Shown piece after piece: positions 50,700 through 60,700 of a stretch of DNA of 64,000 nucleotides (positions within the stretch are counted from its first letter, which is position 1; every line of letters begins with the position of its first letter). The position numbers and the translations under genes are program-made. Source of the DNA: Thermoanaerobaculia bacterium. GTDB lineage: Bacteria > Acidobacteriota > Thermoanaerobaculia > Multivoradales > UBA5704. The DNA lies in NCBI GenBank assembly GCA_039918595.1, contig JBDSHF010000538.1, positions 1,641-65,640 of the forward strand, written 5' to 3'. The notes under the pieces are model-generated. The model ran no database searches and was not told the origin of the DNA. It worked only from the letters and a program-made list of their open reading frames with translations.

Positions 50700-51752
50700 C
50701 TACGTATGTCCAACCTGGTCCCAGCTCACCGGGTTGGCCATCGCCACCACCACCTTGCGCGCTCCCTCGAAGGGTTGGCGCCCATGGGCGACGGCGACGT
50801 TGTCGAGCAGGAGGACGTCCCCCGGCTGCCAGGCGAAAGCAACCGTCTCCTGGGTGTAGGCATCCCGGAGGTGTTCCATCACCTCCGGCTCGATCGTCTC
50901 ACCGTCCCCGTAGAAAGTGTTGTTGGGCAGGTCGTGCTCTCCGAACTCCGACAGCAGCGAATCGCGAACGCTCGGGACCAGGGTCGAGACGTGAAAGAAC
51001 GTCAGGTGATTGAACCAGCAGAGATCCCCGGTGCGGGGGTGCCGGGCCACCGCGCGCCGCACCTGCGAGGTGCGCAGGCGACGGCCGCCATCCTTCCATT
51101 CCAGGTCGATGCCGTTGTCCCGGCAGTACTGCTCCACGGCCGCCGCGTCCGCGGCCTGGAACGCCTCCTGCCAGGTCAGGCCGAAGCCGTCGCCAAAATT
51201 CCGGACGTACTGATAGCCCCGCTCGCCGAACCGCCGGCGGATCTCCGGATCGATGCGCTGAAAGATCTTCCGCGTATCAGCGATGGGGGTCTCGCCACCC
51301 TTCGCGGCCGCGACCACGCAATAGAAGCTGATCGCCCCCGGGAAACGCAGGTTGTAGGACTGCTCGTTGTGGAGAAAGATCGGGTACTGGGGCGGATAAT
51401 CCGTCGAGGTATAGATCCGTCCGCTCACCTGGCTGCGCGGCGAGGACCGCTCGGAATAGCGCAGGGGCTCCCCGGCGGCCGCCTCGACGAACTGCTCGAA
51501 ATCCGCCACCGATTTCGGGTGGAAGTTGCGGAAGAGCACCCCGCCGAAACGGTCCAGCCGCTCGCGCACCCAGTCGCGGTTGCTGGTCGCCCAGCCCACC
51601 AGGTTCATGCTCTCGGCCACCGCCTCGCAGACGAGGGGCAGGGTCCTGCCCTCCTCCAGGAAGGATTCCTTGACCAGGCTCTCCTGCGAGAGGCGCATGG
51701 CCTGTCGCGGCCGCGCGCGGAACTTGTTGAAGCTCGAATCTTCACTGCTCAT
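50700..51752 (-). CDS. TauD/TfdA-family (SyrP-like) Fe(II)/2-oxoglutarate-dependent oxygenase, paralogue 1
   Basis: 350-aa ORF. ATG 51752-51750 overlaps the NRPS-1 stop 51751-51749 (ATGA). Family features: RFGGVLFRNF, H-x-E (IFLHNEQSY), and a distal His-Arg (VAVAHGRQPFEG). It is collinear with the paralogue at 22313-23362, and roughly half of the aligned residues are identical by eye. Confidence 0.92.
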   Translation of the reverse strand: MSSEDSSFNKFRARPRQAMRLSQESLVKESFLEEGRTLPLVCEAVAESMNLVGWATSNRDWVRERLDRFGGVLFRNFHPKSVADFEQFVEAAAGEPLRYSERSSPRSQVSGRIYTSTDYPPQYPIFLHNEQSYNLRFPGAISFYCVVAAAKGGETPIADTRKIFQRIDPEIRRRFGERGYQYVRNFGDGFGLTWQEAFQAADAAAVEQYCRDNGIDLEWKDGGRRLRTSQVRRAVARHPRTGDLCWFNHLTFFHVSTLVPSVRDSLLSEFGEHDLPNNTFYGDGETIEPEVMEHLRDAYTQETVAFAWQPGDVLLLDNVAVAHGRQPFEGARKVVVAMANPVSWDQVGHT

Positions 51753-54700
51753 GACTCGTTACCTTTCTCCGGGGTTCGCTCGATGGCGGACTCCTGCCGT
51801 GGTACATGGACACGCCGCCGCCGCACGTTGAAGAGCTGCTCCACGAGCTGCCTCTCGGCCACCTTCTCCTCGGCCGCGCGTTCGGCGCGCTCGGCGTCGG
51901 GGAGCATCTCGAGCAGCTGGATCCTCTCCTCCGGCCGCTCCACGGCGCTGCGCAGCAGGCGCTCGAAGCGGCCGTGCATCCGTTCCACCGCGGCCGCCGA
52001 AAACACCTCCGTCCGGTAGGTCCAGGAGACCCGCAGCCCGTCCTCCCCCTCGACCACCCAGACCGTGAGATCGAACCTGGGCACCACCGCCCCGGTCTCG
52101 TCGGCGCGGACCTCGAGACCGGGGAGCTCCAGCCTTTCGGAATGGGCGTTCTGGACCCCGAACGCGATCTGGAACAGCGAGCGGTCCCGGCTCTTACCCA
52201 GCTCCTCGACCAGCTTCTCGAAGGGGAGGTCCTGATGGGCGTAAGCGCCGACGGCCACCTCCCGGACCCGCGCGAGCAACTCGCGGAAGCGGGGGTTGCC
52301 GGACAGGTCGGTGCGCATCACCAGCATGTTGACGAAGAAGCCGACCAGCCCCTCGACCTCGGGGCGGTCGCGGCCTGCCACGGCCGTGCCGACGACGATG
52401 TCCGACAGTCCCGTATAGCGGTGGAGCAGGACTTTGAACCCGGCCAGCAGGGTCATGAACGGGGTCACCGCCTCGCGCCGGGAGAGATCGCCGAGGGCCG
52501 CGCTCAAGTCCGGCGCCAGGGGGAGCTCCCGCCGGGCGCCGCCCGGGGCCGCCGCCGCCGCCGGCTCCACCGGCAGACGCAGCGCCGGCAGCTCCCCCGC
52601 GAGCCGCTGCTTCCAGTAGGCGAGCCGGCTCTCCAGAACCGCGCCCGAGAGCCATGCTCGCTGCCAGGCGGCGTAGTCCGCGTACTGGATCGGCAGCTTC
52701 GGCAGGAGCGCCGGCCTGGCCTGAGAGAGACTGGTGTAGAGAATACCTATCTCGCGGATGATGACGCCTGTCGACCACCCATCGCCAACGATATGGTGCA
52801 GGTTGTAAATCAAATGGTGACAGTCGCCGGCCAGGCGCAGCAGGGTGGCCCGGAAAAGCGGGCCGCGGGCAAGGTCGAAGGGGAGAGCGGCGTCTTCCGC
52901 GGCCAGCCGGTCAGCCTCCGCCCCAGGCTCTGGAGACCCGCTCAGGTCGACCAGCGGCAGCGGCAGGCGACCGGCGGGAGACACCGTCTGCACCGGCCTC
53001 CCCTCGACGCTGGCGAACGTGGTGCGCAGGACCTCTTGCCGCCGCACGATCTCCCCCAGGCTCGCCGCGAGCGCCGCGACGTCGAGGCGCCCCCTCAGGG
53101 TCAGGCGTCCGGGCCCGCTGTAGGCCGTGCTCCACGGCTCGAGCTGGTGGAGAAACCAGAGGCGCTCCTGGGAGAACGACAAGGGGCGCGGCCGGCCGGG
53201 CGCGGCGTCGGCCGGCTCCAGCCGCCGCACGGCCCGGGGGTGATTCCGGGCCAGCAGGGCGGCCAGGCCGGCCACGGTCGGCGCGTCGAAGATCGCCACC
53301 ACCTGGACGCTCTCCCCCAGCGTCTCCTGCAAGCGGTTGATCAGAATCGCGCCGCTGATCGAGTTGCCACCCAGGGCAAAAAAGTTGTCGTGCACGCCGA
53401 AGCTCTCCTCCGGCAGCTTCAGCGTCTCGCTCCACAGCCCGGCGAGGGACCGCTCCATGGCCGTGCGCGGCGCCACCCGCTCGCGCCGGTCCGGCGTCCA
53501 CTCCGGTGCAGGCAGGGCCTTGCGGTCCACCTTGCCGCTGGCGGTCAGCGGCATCGACGCGAGCACCACCAGCGCCGCGGGGAGCATGTACTCCGGCAGC
53601 CGGCTCGCCAACCGCTCTCGCAACCCGGCGAGCGACGGCGGTTGCATGCCCCGGCGCACCGTCACATAGGCCACGAGGTTCACCGCCCCCAACCCCTCCC
53701 CCACCGCCCGGGCCACCACCACCGCCTCGCGCACCGCCGGCTGCTCGCCGAGCGCCGACTCGATCTCCCCCAGCTCGATGCGCAGCCCCCGTACTTTCAC
53801 CTGGTGGTCGGTCCGGCCCAGGAAGTCCACCGCTCCGACCGCCAGTTGGCGGGCCAGGTCCCCCGTCCGGTACAGCCGCGCCCCTGCCACTCCCGACAGC
53901 GGGTCCGGCACGAACCGCTCCGCCGTCAACTCGGGACGCCCAAGATACCCCCGGCACACCTGCACGCCGCCGATGAGAAGCTCTCCCGCCACCCCGATCG
54001 GCACCGGCCGCAACTCCCGGTCGACGACGTGGATCCACGTATTCGCCACCGGCCGGCCGATCGGGACCAGCCCCTGCCAGCCTTCCTGTTCGCAGGCCCA
54101 GGAGGTGACGTCCACCGCCGCCTCCGTGGGGCCGTACAGGTTGTGCAGCGCGACCGCCGCCAGCCGCGCGAAGAACCTTCGCGCGAGCTCCGGCGGCAGC
54201 GCCTCGCCGCTGCACACCACCCGCCGCAGGACGGCGGCGCAATCCTCGACCCCCGGCGCCTCCAGGAACACCTGGAGCATCGAGGGCACGAAGTGCAGCG
54301 TGGTGATCCCCGCCTCCCGGATCGTCCGCGCCAGGTAGGCCGGATCCTGGTGCCCCCCGGGCCGGGCGATCACCAGCCGCGCTCCCGTCAGCAGTGGCCA
54401 GAAGAGCTCCCACACCGAGACGTCGAAGCTGAACGGGGTCTTCTGCAGCACCCGGTCGCGGTCCCCGAGACGGTACTGCCGCTGCATCCACAGCAGGCGA
54501 TTGACGATCCCCCGATGGGTGTTCATCGTCCCCTTAGGCCGGCCGGTCGAGCCGGAGGTGTAGATCACGTAGGCCAGGCCGTCCGGCACCGCGCCGCTCG
54601 CCGGCGGCGCTCCGCCGCGCTCCTCGCGGGCTTCGCCCGCGCCGTCGAGCGGCACGACGCGGACCCTCGCCGCCGGCAGCCGCGCCAGCAGCCGCGCCTG

Positions 54701-57700
54701 CGCCAGCACCACCGGCGCCGCCGCGTCGGCCAGCATGAACCCCAGGCGGCCGGGCGGATGATCCGGGTCGAGCGGCAGGTACGCCCCGCCGGCCTTGAGC
54801 ACGGCCAGCAGGCCCACCACCAGCTCCAGCGACCGCTCCGCCAGCACTCCCACCACCGTCTCCGGACCCACCCCCGCCGCCTGAAGCTGCCGCGCCAGAC
54901 GGTTGGCGGCGCGGTCGAGCTCCCGGTAGGTCAGCTCGCCCTCCGCGCAGCTCAGGGCCACCGTCTCCGGCGCGCGCCCCGCCTGAGCCGCGATCAGCTC
55001 GTGCAGGCAGGATTCGGCCGGCCAGGCGGCGGCCGTGTCGTTCCACTCGCGCAGGAGCTGGTGGCTCTCCGCCGCTCCCAGGAGCGGCAGCTCCGAGAGC
55101 CTGCGGCCCGGCTCCGCGACCGCCGTGGCGAGGAGGGTCTCGAGATGCCTCATCATGCGCCCCGCCGTCGAGGCCTCGAATCGGTCACGGGCATAGACGA
55201 GAAGGCCGGCGAGGCCGTCCGCGGTCTCGGTGAAGGTGAGGGTGAGCTCGAACTTCGCGGCGCCCCCCTCTTCCCCGATCGGCGTGAGGACCAGGCCGGG
55301 CAGCTCCAGCGGGCCTAGCGGCGCGTTCTGCAACACCAGCAGGGCCTGCACCAGCGGCGAACGGGTGAGATCCCGCTCCGGCGCCAGCTCCTCCACCAAG
55401 CGCTCGAAGGGGAGGTCCTGGTGGGCGTACGCCCCCAGCGCCGTCTCCCGAGCCCGGTCCAGGAACTCCTCGAAGGGCGGGTCGCCCGCCAGCTCGCCCC
55501 GCAGCACCAGGGTGTTGACGAAGCATCCGATCAGACCCTCGACCTCCACCCGCGTCCGGTTTGCCACCGGCGAACCGACCAGCAGGTCTTCCTGCCCCGT
55601 CACCCGCGCCAGCAGCGCCTGGAACCCGGCCAGCAGGCCGATGAAAAGCGTGCCGCCGCCGCGCCGCGCCAACCGGCGCAGCTCCTCCGTCACCCCGGCC
55701 GGGAGTGGCACCGCGAGACCGCCGCCGCGCTGGCTGGCCGCCGGCGGCGGCGGATGGTCGGCCGGCAGGTCCAGCATCCGCGGCGCGCCGGCCAGGCGCT
55801 GCCGCCAGTAGGCGAGCTGGCGCTCCAGGGCTCCCCCGGAGAACCAGCCCCGCTGCCAGACCGCGAAGTCCGCGTACTGCACCGGCGGCTCCGAGAGCGG
55901 TGAGGGGTGGCCGGCCATCAGGGCGCCATAGAGGACTGACAGCTCGTGCACCAGCACCCCCAGCGACCAGCCGTCAGAGGCGATGTGGTGCAAGGTCACC
56001 GCGAGGGCGTGCTCGGCGGCGTCCAGGCGCAGCAGCAGAGCCCGCGCCAGCGGCCCCCGGGCGAGATCGAACGGCAGCTCCGCCTCCGCGGCCAGCCGTT
56101 CCCGGACCACCCTCTGCCGCCGGCCGGGAGGCAGGGCGGAGAGGTCGATCAGCGGCAGCGGTGAGGGCGCGGGCGGAAGGATCTCCTGCGCCGCGCTGCC
56201 GCCGGAGATCACGAAGCGGGTCCGCAGGGCCTCGTGCCGGCGCACGATCTCCGTCAGGCTCGCCGCCAGCGCGGCGGGCTCCAGCCGGCCCCGCAGGAAC
56301 ACCGTCCCGGGGACGTTGTACGCGCTCCCGCCCGGCGCGAGCTGGTGGAGAAACCACAGCCGTTCCTGGGCGAAAGATAGAGGGATGGCGGCGCCGCGAT
56401 CCCCCCGGGCCACCAGCGGCGGCTCCGCCGCTACGCTCTCCCTCAAGGCGCGCTCCACGCGTTCACCCAGGGCCGCCAGCGTCGGCGTCTCGAACAGCGC
56501 CCGCAGCGGCAGCTCCACCCCCAGGGCTCGCCGCACCCGCGAGGTCACCCGCGTCGCCACCAGGGAGTGTCCGCCCAGGTGGAAGAACGAATCCGTCCGC
56601 CCCACCGCCGCGATCCCCAGCACCTCCATCCAGATTCCAGCCAGCACCTCCTCGACCGGCGTCCGCGGCGGCGCGGCCTCCCCGCCTTCCACCCGGTACT
56701 CCCGCGCCTGGCTCGCCAGCCCGCGGCGGTCCAGCTTGCCGTTGGGCGTCCGCGGCAACGCCTCCAGCTCTACCCAAAGGGACGGCACCATGTGCTCCGG
56801 CAGCCGCGCCGCCAGGTACGGCCGCAGGCTTGCCGTGACCGCCGTTCCCTCCGCGGACGGCACGACGCAGGCCACCAGGCGCCGCTCCCCGGCGCCGGTC
56901 TCCTGGACCGCGACCGCCACCTCCCGGACCCCGGGGTGCTCCGCCAGCAGGGCCTCGATCTCGCCGGGCTCGACCCGGAAACCCCGGATCTTCACCTGCT
57001 GATCGATGCGGCCCAGAAAGTCCAGACCGCCGTCCGCCAGCCGCCGGACCAGATCCCCCGTGCGGTACATCCGGTCTCCGGCCTCTCCGAACGGATCGGG
57101 CACGAACCGCTCCGCCGTCAGCTCCGGCCGTCCCAGGTACCCCCGGGCCAGGCCCTCCCCGGCCAGACAGAGCTCCCCCGGCACCCCCACGACAGGCGTG
57201 CGGCTCAACCAGCGGTCCACCACCCGCTCCCGGGTACCCGGGAGCGGGCGGCCGATGGACGGCCGCGCCGTCCCCTGTGCCACCAGCTCCCCGGTGGAGT
57301 AGACCGTATCTTCCGTCGGTCCGTAGAGGTTGAACACCCGCTCCACGGTGCCGAGGCCGTGGAGAGCGTCGACCAGCGATCCCATCAGGGATTCGCCGGC
57401 CAGGCATACCGTCCGCACCGTCGCCGGCAGCGCCCCCAGGCGCACCAGCTCCGCCGCCGCCGACGGCACCGTGTTCAGCAGACGCGCCTCGATCCCCGCC
57501 GGCAACCGCGCCTCGGGCAGCGCCAGGGCATCCCGCACCAGGATCACCGTCCCGCCCGCGGCCAGGGGCGCGAACAGCTCGAAGACAGAAAGATCGAAGG
57601 TCACCGAGGTCGACGCCACCAACCCCTCCAGGTCGCGGCCGAATCTCTCCCGCGCCCAATGGGCCAGCAGAGCCGCGCTGCGGTGCTCGACGGCCACCCC

Positions 57701-60700
57701 CTTCGGCCGCCCCGTCGAGCCCGAGGTGTAGATCAGGTAGGCCAGGTTCCCGGCCACCGCCTCCGGAAAGCCGGCGGACCGCTCCCCGTCTCCACGCTCC
57801 AGCTCCTCCAGCCGCAAACGCTCCGGACCCGCGGGCACGCGGCCCGCCGACGCCTCGTCCACCACCACCCAGCGAGCGCCGCTGTCCGTGGCCAGGAACG
57901 ACAGCCGCTCCGCCGGATAGCGCGGATCGAGCGGCAGATAGAAGCCCCCGGCCCGCAGCACCCCCAGCAGCGCGGTCACCAGGTCCGCGGTGCGCTCCAT
58001 GCAGACGCCCACCGCCACCTCAGGGCCGACCCCCAGGGCCGCCAGGCGCGCCGCCACCCGGCCGCTGCGCCGCTCGAGCTCCGCGTAGGTGAGCCGCGCC
58101 CCGCCCGCCACCAGCGCCGTCGCCTCCGGCGTGAGCCGGGCCTGGCGCACGAACAGCCCGTGGAGCGTCTCGTGCCGCGGATGGGCGTGGCGGGCCTTTT
58201 CATCCCACGCGGCGAGCTGCCGCAACTCCGAGGCCGTCAGCAGCGCCAGCTCCGAAAGCCGCCGCTCCGGCGTGTCCGCAAGCCCCTCCAGCAGGTTGGC
58301 GAGGTGTCCGAGCATGCGCTCGGCGGTCGCGGCGTCGAAGAGGTCGGCGTCGAGCTGCAGGGTGGCGGCAATGCCACCGTCGAGCTCGGCCGCCAGCAGG
58401 GTGACCTCGAACTGCGTCGCCGGCGCCGCGAGCGCCACCGACTCCAGGGTCAGCCCTCCCAGCTGCAGCCGCGCTCCCGCCTCGCCCAGGGCAAAGGCGG
58501 CGAGGGCCTCCAGCTCCGGGACGGGCGCCTTCTGCAGAGTGAGCACGGCGCGCAGCAGGGGCTCACGGCCGGCGCCCGCCTGCAGGCGCTCGGCCAACCA
58601 GGGGTAGGGAAAGTCCTGGTGCTCGAAGGCGCCCAGGGCCGCGGCGCGGACGCGCTCCAGCCACTCCCCCGTCCGGGGATCCGATCCCAGATCGGCTCGC
58701 AGAGCCACCGGATTGACGAAATACCCCACCAGATCGGTCAGCCGCGCTCCCGGGGCCGCGGACCGGCCGTTGGTGAGCGCGCCCGTCAGGAAGTCTTCCT
58801 GCCCGCTATAACGGCCGAGGAGGGCCTGGAATCCCGCCAGCAGCACCATGAAAAGCGTGCCGCCGCTCCGGTTGGCCAGGGCGTGGAGGGCGGTGGCTGC
58901 GCCCGCATCCAGGCGCAGCGACCGCACGGCCGCGCGGTGGCCCGGCACGGCGGGCCGGGGGTGATCGACCGGCAGCTCCAGCGGCGGCACGCCGGCAAGC
59001 CGCCGCCACCAGCCTTCCCAGTGCCGCTCCGCCATGCCCGCCGCCAGGGCCTCCTCCTGCCAGGCGGCATAGTCACCGTATTCCAGCGCCGGAGCCGGCG
59101 GGGCGGCGGCGGCGAGGCCGGCGGCGAACGCGTCGTACGCCGTGCCCAGGTCCCGGGCCAGCAGCGCCAGCGACCAGAGGTCCGCCACCAGGTGGTGCAC
59201 CGCGAGCACCAGGATGTCGTCCTTGCCGGCGGGCAGGCCGCGGGAGAAGAGAGCCGCGCGAAACAGCGGCCCGGTCTCGAGGTCGAACGGACGGAAGGCC
59301 TGGTCGTGGAGCCGGCGCCGCAGCTCCTCCGCGGTCCAGCCATCGGCGCGCTCGCGCCGGAAGTCCATCCCGGCCGTGGACAGGACCCGCTGCCGCGGCC
59401 CCTCCGGCCCGTCCGCGAAGGTCGTGCGCAACGCGGGGTGGCGGTCCATCAGGGACTGGAAGGCCCGCCGCAGGATCTCGGGGTCGGCGCCGTCCGGCAG
59501 CAGGGCCGCGCCGGCGATATTGTAGGCCGCGCTCTCGGCGTTGAGCTGCTCCAGGAACCAGAGGGCCTTCTGGCCGACCGTCAAGGGCAGCGGTCCGCGC
59601 CGGGCGTCCGCCGTCAGCTGGATGAGCGGCGGGACGCCCTCCACGACCTCCCCCCCCAGCAGGACCAGGTCGGCGAGGTCCCGCAGGCTGCAACCTCCGC
59701 TCAGGCGGGCCAACGGCACTGGAACGCCGAGTTGCGCCTCCACCTCGGCCTTGAGCTCGAACGCGGCGAGAGAGTCGAGGCCCAGCTCCGTCAACGGCCG
59801 CGACGGGTCCGGGCGCTGGCCGAGAAGGCGCGTGACCCGCCGCTCCAGGTCGGCTAGCAAGGCCGGCAACCGCGCCGCCGGGTCGAGCAGGGCCAGGCTG
59901 GACGCGTCCAGGGGCGCCGCCTCGCTCTCCCCGGCCCCGCCGCGCGGGAGCGCGCTCGCTCCGACCACCGTCAGCGACCCGGCCAGATAGGCGGCGCGAC
60001 ACGCTTGACGCTGGATCTTGCCGCTGGAGGTCTTGGGGATCGTCGCGGCCTGAACCAGCACGACCTCGAAGACCTGAACCTCGTGCTCTTCCGCGATCGA
60101 CCGCCGCACCGCGCCGGCGATCTCGTCCACCGTGGCGCCCGGCCGGGATTGGATCTCGCAGACCAGCACCAGCCGCTCCTCACCGTCCAGATCCACCGCG
60201 AAGGCCGCACCGCACCCGGACCGGAGACCTGGATGCGCGCGCTCCGCCGTGAGCTCCAGATCCTGCGGATAGTGGTTGCGCCCCCGCAGGATCACCAGAT
60301 CCTTCAACCTCCCGGTGACGAACAGCTCCCCGCCCTCGACGAACCCGAGATCGCCGGTCCGCAGGAAACCCCGCCCGCCCGCCTCGCCGGCCAGGATGGC
60401 CCGGAAGTCGTGCTCCGTCTGCTCGGGGCGGTTCCAGTAGCCGAGCGCCACGCTCGCTCCGCCGACCCAGATCTCCCCGATCCTCCCCGCCGGCAGCTCC
60501 GCTCCCGACTCGGGATCCACGACGGCGATCCGCTGCCCCTCCCAGGCCTCGCCGCAGCTCACGAGCCGGCGGGTCGGAGCTCCCGGGGACGCCGGCTCCG
60601 CCTCGTGCCGTTCCAGGGACGCGGCATCCACCGCCTTCACCCGGGCGCCGCGGCCCGGCACGCCGCCGGCGACGAACAGCGTCGCCTCGGCGAGGCCGTA

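Noticed and set aside
45411-52019. 2202-aa + strand ORF. The same applies to the other long + strand ORFs: 31801-37686, 37840-43068, 23395-27558, 51806-55318, 3747-7082, 56567-59857, 10128-12761, 14715-17018, 16736-18733, 28060-29865 and 60005-61606.
   Set aside because: All are antisense to minus-strand genes with unmistakable NRPS/TauD motifs. Their translations are Arg/Gly/Pro/Ala-rich low-complexity sequence with no recognisable domain. They ignore real gene boundaries. Such stop-poor antisense frames are expected in ~70% GC coding DNA.
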